Of a stretch of 64,000 nt of DNA, positions 30,907-40,601 are shown piece after piece. Within the stretch, counting starts at the first letter, position 1. Every line of letters begins with the position of its first letter. The notes under the pieces were generated by a model that was not told the DNA's origin, ran no database searches, and saw only the letters and a list, made by a program, of their open reading frames with translations. This stretch comes from Alphaproteobacteria bacterium (GTDB taxonomy: Bacteria; Pseudomonadota; Alphaproteobacteria; SP197), in contig OZ219747.1 of NCBI GenBank assembly GCA_964291265.2, positions 3,168,001-3,232,000 on the forward strand, in the 5' to 3' direction. Both the position numbers and the translations under genes were made by a program.

Positions 30907-33261
30907 ATGGCAGCAGCAGGACACCGGTCTGCCTGGAGGATTGCCGGCAAGGGCATTCCCGTGAAGGATGCCCGGGAAAAGGTCACGGGTTCACTGAAGT
31001 ACGCGGTCGACCTCGAAGTCCAGGGCATGGTGCATGGCAAGATCCTGCGCAGTCCCCATGCTCATGCGCGCATCGTCTCCATCGACACCACGAGGGCCGA
31101 GGCGCTTCCCGGCGTACTCGGCGTTATCACCCATCACGACACGCCCCAGAATGTCTGGGAGAACGCTTGGTTCAACTATCGCGGCAAGATTCTGGACGGC
31201 ATCGCCCGCTTTCACGGTGACGACATGGCGGCGGTCGCTGCTGTCAGTGAGGAGGTCGCCGAAGCGGCGCTCGAACTCATCGATGTCGAATACGAGATCC
31301 TCAACGCGGTCTTTGATCCGGAAGAGGCGATGCAACCCGACGCCCCTCAGATACGCGAGGAAGGCAACCTACGTGAACCCTATGTCGTCAAGTGGGGCGA
31401 TGTCGCAAAGGGAGCCGACGAGGCGGATTTCATCGTCGAGACCGAGGTCCGTTTCGCCAGCCAGCAAATGGCGCCGTTGGGTCGCAATGCCTGCATTGCA
31501 GAATGGAACGGTGATCGTGTGACCCTCTGGACCTCGTCGCAGACGCCGTCGGAACTGCGTGACGGCATCCACGAGGCCTTCGGTGTCCCGCTCAGCCGGG
31601 TCCGTGTCATCGCACTGCCGTCGGGAAGCTCCTTCGGCAACTGGTGGAGCGCCAACTTCATGCTCATCACGGCGCTGCTCGCCCGCAAGGTGCGCAAGCC
31701 GGTCAAGATCGAGCTTTCCAACGAGGAGTGCATGGCGACGGTCAAGCGCCGGCACATGGAGATTTCCCGGGGCCGTATGGGATGCCGCAACGACGGCACC
31801 CTGACCCTGGCGGAATTTGATCACATCATCGACAACGGTGGTTATGGCTTCAAGGATGACGTTGGCTTCTTCTGTGTCGACAACTGGGGCCGCGCGGAAC
31901 ACGGGCACTACGCCATTCACGGGGTCAACACGAACCTCCTGACCGCAGGCTGCATGCGTGCGGTCGGTGACGTGACGCTGGGCTCGGTCGTGGAAAAGCT
32001 GGCCGACATGTGCGCTATCCGCCTTGGCATGGATCCGGTGGAATTCCGTCTGAAGAACCAGATCAAGCCTGGCGAACGCCTGCGCATGCAGCACAGCCGG
32101 CAGTACATGAAGGGATCGCTTGAGCAGTATCTGGAGGGTATTTCCGAGGAGCAAAGGCAGGAGTGGCCGAAGCTCTTTCACCTGTCGAGCGGATCTACCG
32201 ATGAAATCCTGCGCAAGGGCGTCAATGCCTTCGACTGGTCGTCGAAATGGAAGGGCTGGGGTGTGCCCTATGCTGTGGACGGACCCAGGCGCAGGGCGGT
32301 GGGTGTTGGCACTGGAGCCCACGTCTGCGGCGTCGAGTTCGAGGGCAATGTCTCCGCCGTGGTGCGCATCAATCCGGATGGAAGCGCCAAGGTTCACTGC
32401 GCTGTCGGCCGACAGGGGCAGGGGAGCGAGACAACCCAGGCCCAGGTGGCGGCGGAAGAACTGGGCATTCCGTTCGACAAGGTGGAGATCGAGACCGGTG
32501 ACACCGATTCCTGCCCTTGGAGTCACGGTTCGCTGGCCAGCAACACCATGTACCGCGTTGGTTGGGCGACACGCGCTGCAGCCAATGACGCCAAGCGCCA
32601 GTTGCTGGACATTGCGAGCCGGGAATTCTTCGACTCACCCCCTCACGAACTCGATGTGGTCGATGGTGTCATCTGCTCCAAGGACCCCAGCAAGCGGAAC
32701 ATCCGCATCACGGTGGAGGAGGCGCTCAATCACTTCCGGGGTACCGACGCGCTTGGTCAGGCATCGTCGATCACCGGCAGGCCGCAAGGCCCCATGCCGC
32801 CGGCCAGCACATTTGCCAGGCACTTCGCGGCGCACTTCGTGGATGTCGAGGTCGACATCGAGACCGGCGAGATCAGGTTGCTGGACTTCCTGGCGACGCA
32901 GGACAGCGGCACGGTCATGAACCCCCAGGTCATGAAGAACCAGATGATCGGTGGGGCCATCTGCGGAGCCGGGTTCGCCATCTATGAGGCGCTGTCCTTC
33001 GACGATGACGGCCGGATCCTCAATGCCAACCTTCTCGACTACAAACTCCTGCGGGCAGCCGATTTTCCGCTGCGCGGCGATGTCATCTACGGGGATTCCT
33101 ACGACCCGGTGGGCCCCTTTGGCGCCCGCAGTGCCGGGGAGGCGCCGGCAGCTGCATCTGGTCCGGCCATCGCTCAGGCTGTCTACAATGCAGTCGGCAC
33201 CTGGGTCGACATGCCCATGACCCCCGAAAATGTAGTCGCCGCACTCGACGCCCTGCACTGA
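30907..33261 (+). CDS. Xanthine dehydrogenase family molybdopterin-binding large subunit
   Basis: KVTGSLKYAVD, RSPHAHA, GMDPVEFRLKN, GQG, SAGEAP. Confidence 0.92.
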   Translation: MAAAGHRSAWRIAGKGIPVKDAREKVTGSLKYAVDLEVQGMVHGKILRSPHAHARIVSIDTTRAEALPGVLGVITHHDTPQNVWENAWFNYRGKILDGIARFHGDDMAAVAAVSEEVAEAALELIDVEYEILNAVFDPEEAMQPDAPQIREEGNLREPYVVKWGDVAKGADEADFIVETEVRFASQQMAPLGRNACIAEWNGDRVTLWTSSQTPSELRDGIHEAFGVPLSRVRVIALPSGSSFGNWWSANFMLITALLARKVRKPVKIELSNEECMATVKRRHMEISRGRMGCRNDGTLTLAEFDHIIDNGGYGFKDDVGFFCVDNWGRAEHGHYAIHGVNTNLLTAGCMRAVGDVTLGSVVEKLADMCAIRLGMDPVEFRLKNQIKPGERLRMQHSRQYMKGSLEQYLEGISEEQRQEWPKLFHLSSGSTDEILRKGVNAFDWSSKWKGWGVPYAVDGPRRRAVGVGTGAHVCGVEFEGNVSAVVRINPDGSAKVHCAVGRQGQGSETTQAQVAAEELGIPFDKVEIETGDTDSCPWSHGSLASNTMYRVGWATRAAANDAKRQLLDIASREFFDSPPHELDVVDGVICSKDPSKRNIRITVEEALNHFRGTDALGQASSITGRPQGPMPPASTFARHFAAHFVDVEVDIETGEIRLLDFLATQDSGTVMNPQVMKNQMIGGAICGAGFAIYEALSFDDDGRILNANLLDYKLLRAADFPLRGDVIYGDSYDPVGPFGARSAGEAPAAASGPAIAQAVYNAVGTWVDMPMTPENVVAALDALH

Positions 33262-33431
33262 GACACGGGACAGGACACCGGAGATCGCGGTGGCCGGGGT
33301 ATCCGGGTTGCCGACGTGCCTCCCGGATGACATGAAGGCACCGGTGGTCTCACCTGCTGCCACGTCTCATGCCAAGGGCGCCCGTGTCGAACGATGAGCG
33401 CGAGAAACCAATCGTTGTCCGAGATCCTAGG

Positions 33432-35385
33432 CCGAAGTTCCAGCGTCGATCAAGTGCAACTGCTTGATATAAATGGCATTCGATGGATCTCAGAGGCGTC
33501 TGACTGGGTACATCACGGCTTCACGCCCAGGAGCTTGAGTGCTTTTCTCTGGAGCGGCGTGGGCCGCGTGGTGACCTGGAAGGGTTGGGCGCCCGCAAGG
33601 CGGGGCGCCACGGTGTTGCGGGTGATGGTCGCGAGATCATCGAGGAGAGTGCGGAAGCTGTGCACCGGATCACCCCCGGGTGTCCTCTTGGTTGCCGCCT
33701 TGGCCCGGGCGCTCGCCGAGACTTCTGCCGGCGCCACGACGGACGGCCGCCGGGCCTCGGCGCCTTCGGCATCCTCGTCGTCGAACAGCATGGGCTTCAG
33801 TTTCTGGCGCATGTGCCATTCGATGTAGTAGGCGAGCATGCACAGGAAGACATGGGCGCGGACCCGGGGTTCGGTGCGGTGGTAGACGGGGCGGACCTTC
33901 AGATCCACGGTCTTCAGGCTGCGGAAGGCCCGTTCCACCGAACTCAGCCGCTTGTAGGCGCGCACTGTGCCGGGACCGTCGAGCTCGCTCTGCGGCAGGC
34001 TGGTGCGGATCACGTAGAGGCCGTCGAGCCTGGCCTCGGCGGCGATGGCAGCCTCATCGCGCCCATAGGTGAAGACACCCTCGTCGTCGATGGACCACGT
34101 GAAGTGCTTCGCCATCTTGTACTTGCCGATGACCTTGCCGACCCTCTCCCCGATCTTGTCGGCACCCTTGAGACGGCGCTTGTCGCGCCGTGTCGCTGCG
34201 GCGATCGGTTCAAGCAGGGCCTCGGTGGCCTCGAGCAGTTCCTGGCGCTTGCGGGCCCGGTCCTCGGCCAGCAGGGGGTTGCGGCAGACCATGAGGCGTT
34301 CGCCGGGATACGCATCGCTGGTGATCTCCACCAGGTCCCTCTCGTCGAAGAGCGACATCTCGACGTCACCCGCCTCCACCAGTGAACGGATGGCCGGTCC
34401 CCTCAAGGCGCTGATCCAGTCCAGGCCTGCGGGCTTCACCTCCTCGCGTATGCGCGCCTCGGTCAGCATCCCCCGGTCTCCCACCAGCACCACCTTCGCC
34501 AGGGAGAAGCGCTCCTGCAGCGTGGTGATCTGTGAGGCAACCGTCCCGGGGTCCGCCGTGTTGCCGGGGAACACTTCCACCGACACTGGACAGCCGTCCC
34601 GATCGCACAGAAGGCCGAACTCGATCTGCAGCTTGCCCTTCTTGCCATCCCGGGAATGACCCCTCCTTGCCAGGGGACACGCTCTCCCCTCCATCCATAC
34701 CGAGGTCAGGTCATAGAGCACCAGGCAGCCTTCTTTGAGGCGCTGCTTCGCCAGGGACCGCTCGATCCTCTCCTGACGCTCCAGGAGCCAGTCCATGGCG
34801 CCATAGAGGGCGTCCTCGTCCATCTCCGCATCGAGGACCTCGCCCAGGGTGCTGACCGCCGTGGCCTCGGCCAGCCCCCTGGCCGTGGCCAGCTTCGAGG
34901 CGGGCTCGAGGATGCGTGCCACGATCATGGCCAGGACCTGATCGCGCTCAGGCGAGGGCTTCGGGTCGATCAACCTGTCCAGTCCCAGCTTCTTCAGGGT
35001 TCCCAGCACCGCGGCGACATGCCCATGGGGGAGGGAGCGGACGATGTCGAAGGCATCGTCGAGATGTCGGACTGCTGTTCCTCCCTTGAGGAGGATGCGC
35101 AATCCCTCGACGAGAGTGGGGGACCACTTGGAGAGGTTGGCGATGGTGCGCTTCTTGACCTTTCCGTTTTCGCGATAGGACTCGCGGAGCAGGATGGCGG
35201 GCGGCGAGGAGCGGTTGGGGACGGCTTCGATGTACATGGCTACTGTACATAGGCACGGCACTGCCGTGTGTCAAGCACAAAATGCATCCGTACATGGGTA
35301 CATTGTGAAGTCCGTCAAACCCGATAAACCGCGCAAGATCAACGACTTGACGCGACTTCCAGCTGGAAAACGTCCGGAACTTCGG
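33432..35385 (-). mobile_element. IS1634-family element copy 1, 6-bp TSD CCTAGG
   Basis: IRs ccgaagttcc/ggaacttcgg; cctagg at 33426-33431 and 35386-35391. Confidence 0.93.
33513..35237 (-). CDS. IS1634-family transposase
   Basis: LYDLTS, GHSRD, GNTAD, VGDRGM, VERAFRSLK, VRAHVFLCMLAY. Confidence 0.93.
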   Translation of the reverse strand: MYIEAVPNRSSPPAILLRESYRENGKVKKRTIANLSKWSPTLVEGLRILLKGGTAVRHLDDAFDIVRSLPHGHVAAVLGTLKKLGLDRLIDPKPSPERDQVLAMIVARILEPASKLATARGLAEATAVSTLGEVLDAEMDEDALYGAMDWLLERQERIERSLAKQRLKEGCLVLYDLTSVWMEGRACPLARRGHSRDGKKGKLQIEFGLLCDRDGCPVSVEVFPGNTADPGTVASQITTLQERFSLAKVVLVGDRGMLTEARIREEVKPAGLDWISALRGPAIRSLVEAGDVEMSLFDERDLVEITSDAYPGERLMVCRNPLLAEDRARKRQELLEATEALLEPIAAATRRDKRRLKGADKIGERVGKVIGKYKMAKHFTWSIDDEGVFTYGRDEAAIAAEARLDGLYVIRTSLPQSELDGPGTVRAYKRLSSVERAFRSLKTVDLKVRPVYHRTEPRVRAHVFLCMLAYYIEWHMRQKLKPMLFDDEDAEGAEARRPSVVAPAEVSASARAKAATKRTPGGDPVHSFRTLLDDLATITRNTVAPRLAGAQPFQVTTRPTPLQRKALKLLGVKP

Positions 35386-35654
35386 CCTAGGGGACAATGT
35401 GGACGATCAGGTCGCTGCATGCGACCACCGCATGCTGGGTGCCTGCGCCCGCGAACTCGGTCGCAACGGACAGGGACTGTCTGCCAACGCGCAGTCTGCT
35501 TCTCGAAGGTAGCGGCATCGGAACATGCTGACGAGGGCTGTCTCGATGGTCTTCGCAGCCGGGGTCATGAAGCCGGTCGGCGGGCGGAGGCGATTGTATC
35601 CGCGGAGAACGCGGCGGATAATGGCCCGATGTATGCGGAGTGCGGAACGCTAGA

Positions 35655-37608
35655 CCGAAGTTCCAGCGCCGATCAAGTGCAAGTGCTTGATATAAATGGC
35701 ATTCGATGGATCTCAGGGGCGTCTGACTGGGTACATTACGGCTTCACGCCCAGGAGCTTGAGTGCTCTTCTCTGGAGCGGCGTGGGCCGCGTGGTGACCT
35801 GGAAGGGTTGGGCGCCCGCAAGGCGGGGCGCCACGGTGTTGCGGGTGATGGTCGCGAGATCATCGAGGAGAGTGCGGAAGCTGTGCACCGGATCACCCCC
35901 GGGCGTCCTCTTGGTTGCCGCCTTGGCCCGGGCGCTCGCCGAGACTTCTGCCGGCGCCACGACGGACGGCCGCCGGGCCTCGGCGCCTTCGGCATCCTCG
36001 TCGTCGAACAGCATGGGCTTCAGTTTCTGGCGCATGTGCCATTCCACGTAGTAGGCGAGCATGCACAGGAAGACATGGGCGCGGACCCGGGGTTCGGTGC
36101 GGTGGTAGACGGGGCGGACCTTCAGATCCACGGTCTTCAGGCTGCGGAAGGCCCGTTCCACCGAACTCAGCCGCTTGTAGGCGCGCACTGTGCCGGGACC
36201 GTCGAGCTCGCTCTGCGGCAGGCTGGTGCGGATCACGTAGAGGCCGTCGAGCCTGGCCTCGGCGGCGATGGCAGCCTCATCGCGCCCATAGGTGAAGACA
36301 CCCTCGTCGTCGATGGACCACGTGAAGTGCTTCGCCATCTTGTACTTGCCGATGACCTTGCCGACCCGCTCCCCGATCTTGTCGGCACCCTTGAGACGGC
36401 GCTTGTCGCGCCGTGTCGCTGCGGCGATCGGTTCAAGCAGGGCCTCGGTGGCCTCGAGCAGTTCCTGGCGCTTGCGGGCCCGGTCCTCGGCCAGCAGGGG
36501 GTTGCGGCAGACCATGAGGCGTTCGCCGGGATACGCATCGCTGGCGATCTCCACCAGGTCCTTCTCGCCGAAGAGCGACATCCCGACGTCACCCGCCTCC
36601 ACCAGTGAACGGATGGCCGGTCCCCTCAAGGCGCTGATCCAGTCCAGGCCTGCGGGCTTCACCTCCTCGCGTATCCGCGCCTCGGTCAGCATCCCCCGGT
36701 CTCCCACCAGCACCACCTTCGCCAGGGAGAAGCGCTCCTGCAACGTGGTGATCTGTGATGCCACCGTCCCGGGGTCCGCCGTGTTGCCGGGGAACACTTC
36801 CACCGACACTGGACAGCCGTCCCGATCGCACAGAAGGCCGAACTCGATCTGCAGCTTGCCCTTCTTGCCGTCCCGGGAATGACCCCTCCTGGCCAGGGGG
36901 CACGCTCTCCCCTCCATCCATACCGAGGTCAGGTCATAGAGCACCAGGCAGCCCTCTTCGAGGCGCCGCTTCGCCAGGGACCGCTCGATCCTCTCCTGAC
37001 GCTCCAGGAGCCAGTCCATGGCGCCGTAGAGGGCGTCCTCGTCCATCTCCGCATCGAGGACCTCGCCCAGGGTGGAGACCGCCGTGGCCTCGGCCAGCCC
37101 CCTGGCCGTGGCCAGCTTCGAGGCGGGCTCGAGGATGCGTGCCACGATCATGGCCAGGACCTGATCGCGCTCATGCGAGGACTTCGGGTCGATCAGCCTG
37201 TCCAGTCCCAGCTTCTTCAGGCCTCCCAGCACCGCGGCGACATGCCCGTGGGGTAGGGAGCGGACGATGTCGAAGGCATCGTCGAGATGTCGGACTGCTG
37301 TTCCTCCCTTGAGGAGGATGCGCAATCCCTCGACGAGGGTGGGGGACCACTTGGAGAGGTTGGCGATGGTACGCTTCTTGACCTTTTCGTCTTCGCGATA
37401 GGACTCGCGGAGCAGGATGGCGGGCGGCGAGGAGCGGTTGGGGACGGCTTCGATGTACATGGCTACCGTACATAGGCACAGCACTGCCGTGTGTCAAGCA
37501 CAAAATGCATCCGTACATGGGTACACTGTGAAGTCCGTCAAACCCGATAAACCACGCAATATCAACGACTTGACGCGATTTCCAGCTGGAAAACGTCCGG
37601 AACTTCGG
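35655..37608 (-). mobile_element. IS1634-family element copy 2, 6-bp TSD GCTAGA
   Basis: Same IRs; gctaga at 35649-35654 and 37609-37614. Confidence 0.93.
35736..37460 (-). CDS. IS1634-family transposase
   Basis: Near-identical to 33513..35237 with scattered substitutions. Confidence 0.93.
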   Translation of the reverse strand: MYIEAVPNRSSPPAILLRESYREDEKVKKRTIANLSKWSPTLVEGLRILLKGGTAVRHLDDAFDIVRSLPHGHVAAVLGGLKKLGLDRLIDPKSSHERDQVLAMIVARILEPASKLATARGLAEATAVSTLGEVLDAEMDEDALYGAMDWLLERQERIERSLAKRRLEEGCLVLYDLTSVWMEGRACPLARRGHSRDGKKGKLQIEFGLLCDRDGCPVSVEVFPGNTADPGTVASQITTLQERFSLAKVVLVGDRGMLTEARIREEVKPAGLDWISALRGPAIRSLVEAGDVGMSLFGEKDLVEIASDAYPGERLMVCRNPLLAEDRARKRQELLEATEALLEPIAAATRRDKRRLKGADKIGERVGKVIGKYKMAKHFTWSIDDEGVFTYGRDEAAIAAEARLDGLYVIRTSLPQSELDGPGTVRAYKRLSSVERAFRSLKTVDLKVRPVYHRTEPRVRAHVFLCMLAYYVEWHMRQKLKPMLFDDEDAEGAEARRPSVVAPAEVSASARAKAATKRTPGGDPVHSFRTLLDDLATITRNTVAPRLAGAQPFQVTTRPTPLQRRALKLLGVKP

Positions 37609-38006
37609 GCTAGACGCCACCTCGCGTCTGTCGTAGGCGATGTTCAAGTGCGTGGCGTGTGGCCATGCGGACCTGAATGCGGCCCGCAACGACAGGCGTC
37701 GGGGACAGGTCACCTGCACGGGGAGGGCGTTTCGCCGTCAGGCGCTCCGATGATCCGTAAAACGGATCGGAGACTGGTGACGTGAGCCTTTCAGCCAAGG
37801 ATGCAAGTCCCCGTGCAGAGCCGGTTGTTCTTCGCTAACAGTCGCAGTGTGACATCGACGATGCAATCGACGCCATCCGATTGAAGCAAGCTAGCCGGTT
37901 GCGCACGCCTTCGTCGATGCGCTTGAGGGGTTCACCACAGATCGCTGTACGGCCGAAGAGTCGCTCGCCGCGTTACGCTCATGATCTGGGCATGTCCGCC
38001 ACCCGG

Positions 38007-39509
38007 TCAGGCGTAGTTGGGCCGTTCCGGGCAGTCGGGATCGAGGGGGAAGATGGGGCGGCGCACCTTGCGGAAGGTGAAGAGACCGTTGTCGCTGCTC
38101 GTCACACCGACGCCGTTGCAGGGCACTTCGGCGGTAGCGATGTCGCTGAACCCTGCCCGGAAGTGAATGCGCGACTTGAGGATGATGTAGCGCTTGTGGA
38201 GGGGCTCGATGCCGACGCTGCGCAGGCATCCCGGGTCATAGGGCTCGGTCTGGCGCGAGACGACGACGATCTCGACGTTGCCGGTCCGGAGAACGCCGGA
38301 TCGTCCCATGGACATCCTCGTTCCCCGGCCCATCGGCACCGTGACGGTGAAATCGCCGTCGGTGAGGGAACGGACCTTCCCCGTCACGACAAGCGGCTCT
38401 CCCTCTCTGCCGATTTCGGGCATGTCGACCTTGCCGCCCAGATTGATCGTGATCTCGTTGCCGATGCCGGCGGCTGTCATGGCATCGACGGCCTCCTCGT
38501 CGCAGATACCGAACATGGCGACGTTCTCAAGCCCCTGGCGCATGACCTCCCGCAAGACGGCGACCGTATCCTGCGTTCCCCCGGAGGCGGCATTGTCGGC
38601 ATGATCGAGGAGTATGACCGGGCCTTCCTCCATCTGTCGGGCGCGGGCTACGGTGTGTTCCAGTGGCTCGGCCTCGAAGAGCCACTCGTCGCGACGCCGC
38701 CACGCTTCACCGAGCAGGCGTTCGGCGGTTGCCTCGGCCGCGCTGCGGTCACCGTCGGCCACCGCGACGACGGAGAGCCCGGCGTTGCGGAAGTCGGCCA
38801 GGGGGAAGCCGCCGAAGACGCTCACGGCAAGCAGTCCGGCCTCTTCGGCCTGGCGGGCCATGGCGATCATCGGTCCCATGGGTTCGTCGTCGTGCCCCAT
38901 GCGCAGGGTCTGAGCGAGGATGGGGCGCTGTCCCCATGCCATCACCGGCGTCACCCTTCCGTCGAGGGCGTTCACCATGATGCGCCCGGAGTGAAGGCCC
39001 GCCTCGTACATGTCGAGATGCGGATAGGTCTTGTAGCCGACAATCACGTCCGTGTTCTCGACGATCTCCGGCGTGATGTTGGCGTGAAGGTCGAGACTGA
39101 TGGCGATGGGAAGATCCGGAGCGATGTCACGGATGCGTTTCAGAAGACCGCCTTCACCATCGCCGGTCGTTTCGGTGACCATGGCTCCGTGGAGGTCGAG
39201 GAAGCAGACGTCGCAACCGGCCTGAACGGATTCCAGGATGGCATCGCACATGACGCTGTAGGCATGACGCTCGACCGGGCCCGAAGGGGCGGCGTTGCCG
39301 GCGATCGGTGTGACGACCTCCATGCCGGCCTCATCGGCGACATCGAGGAAGGCGCCAATTCCAGTCCCGGTCCCCTTGAAACGCCGATAGACCTCCGGAC
39401 CCGTCGGAACGTCAGGTGAGCCGAAGCGGGAAAGCGGCGTCGGCACCGGTGAGAAGGTGTTGGTTTCGTGTTCCATCATGGCGACGACAGCACGCCTGAT
39501 CATGGGCAT
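38007..39509 (-). CDS. M81 family metallopeptidase (MlrC-like)
   Basis: HETNTFS, LDLHGAM, LDLHAN, YKTYPHLD, DNAASGG, KSRIHFRA. Confidence 0.92.
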   Translation of the reverse strand: MPMIRRAVVAMMEHETNTFSPVPTPLSRFGSPDVPTGPEVYRRFKGTGTGIGAFLDVADEAGMEVVTPIAGNAAPSGPVERHAYSVMCDAILESVQAGCDVCFLDLHGAMVTETTGDGEGGLLKRIRDIAPDLPIAISLDLHANITPEIVENTDVIVGYKTYPHLDMYEAGLHSGRIMVNALDGRVTPVMAWGQRPILAQTLRMGHDDEPMGPMIAMARQAEEAGLLAVSVFGGFPLADFRNAGLSVVAVADGDRSAAEATAERLLGEAWRRRDEWLFEAEPLEHTVARARQMEEGPVILLDHADNAASGGTQDTVAVLREVMRQGLENVAMFGICDEEAVDAMTAAGIGNEITINLGGKVDMPEIGREGEPLVVTGKVRSLTDGDFTVTVPMGRGTRMSMGRSGVLRTGNVEIVVVSRQTEPYDPGCLRSVGIEPLHKRYIILKSRIHFRAGFSDIATAEVPCNGVGVTSSDNGLFTFRKVRRPIFPLDPDCPERPNYA

Positions 39510-39592
39510 CTCCCTCTTGCTGTCTCAACTATCGCAGCGCGGCGGACTGTGTCAAAACCGCGCCCGATGACGGCCATGCGGAGACTGACAAC

Positions 39593-39982
39593 ATGCGCAA
39601 ACGTGGATCCAGAGGTGTCCGGGCGGCGAGCTTGCGCATCTGCGTGACCTGCCGCTGGAGAGCGTTCGATGCCATGCCCGACGGTGACGACCTTCCAGGA
39701 AAGCGACTCCATGACATTGTCCGCGCCATGGCCTCGCCCGGGGAAAGGGAACGCATTCATCCGATCGTGTGCCTCACCCACTGTCCCGATGCCTGCAATG
39801 CGGTGGCGATGCAACGTGGCAAGCCGCCGCTGCTGGCAACCAGGATGTCTCCCGATCACGAAACCGCAAGGGCGCTCCTCGAGTTGCTCCATGCCTACGA
39901 CCAGTCGTCCGATGGGGTCGTCGCGGGCAGTGCTGTCGAGACGCGTCCCCTGGTTCCGGGCGCAGCACGCCGCCGCAGATGA
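39593..39982 (+). CDS. DUF1636-like small metal-binding protein
   Basis: ICVTCR ... VCLTHCPDACNAVA ... DGVV. Confidence 0.6.
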   Translation: MRKRGSRGVRAASLRICVTCRWRAFDAMPDGDDLPGKRLHDIVRAMASPGERERIHPIVCLTHCPDACNAVAMQRGKPPLLATRMSPDHETARALLELLHAYDQSSDGVVAGSAVETRPLVPGAARRRR

Positions 39983-40112
39983 CACGGTCGAACTCCGGGA
40001 TTTCAGTTAGGAATGGTTCCGAGTTGCAAGTGGATGATTGCATTTGCAGTTTCCCTGCCGAGGCGCTAACGTTCCCCGGTGTTTCGGTGTCGGCTCAAGG
40101 GAGGCTCAATTG

Positions 40113-40586
40113 ATGCAGAAATCTCTGTCCATCGATCCGAACAAGTGCACAGGCTGCCTGCAGTGCGAACTGGCCTGTTCACTTGACAAAGAAGGGGCGT
40201 TCAACCCCTCCAAGTCGAGGATCAAGGTCTTCAACTTCGAAGGGAAGGGACGCTTCGTTCCCTATACCTGTACACAATGTGACGAGGCATGGTGCGCTGA
40301 GGCCTGTCCGACGAACGCCATTTCGGTTGACCGCGATACCGGAGCCAAGGTGGTGAGCGACGCCCTGTGCGTCGGCTGCAAGGTATGCACCATTGCATGT
40401 CCGTTCGGTACCATCAACTACAACCAGTCGACCGGCAAGGTGATCAAGTGCGATCTGTGTGGTGGCGATCCGGAATGCGCCAAGGCGTGTCCGACCGAGG
40501 CCATCACCTATGTTGATGCCAACTGGACCGGTCTTGACAAGATGCGCGCCTCGGCCGCCGTGGCCGACGCTGCAGCGCAGGCATAA
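40113..40586 (+). CDS. aorA: 4Fe-4S dicluster electron-transfer subunit (AorA-like)
   Basis: Four Cys clusters (CTGCLQC, CTQC, CVGCKVC, KCDLC); precedes AOR. Confidence 0.88.
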   Translation: MQKSLSIDPNKCTGCLQCELACSLDKEGAFNPSKSRIKVFNFEGKGRFVPYTCTQCDEAWCAEACPTNAISVDRDTGAKVVSDALCVGCKVCTIACPFGTINYNQSTGKVIKCDLCGGDPECAKACPTEAITYVDANWTGLDKMRASAAVADAAAQA

Positions 40587-40601
40587 GGGAGGGACGCACA
40601 A

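Noticed and set aside
30907-33261. Aerobic CO dehydrogenase (form I coxL)
   Set aside because: AYxCSFR motif is absent and there are no cox accessory genes.
33432-37608. Composite transposon or tandem duplication of IS1634
   Set aside because: Each copy has its own distinct TSD, and the short spacer has no recognisable gene.
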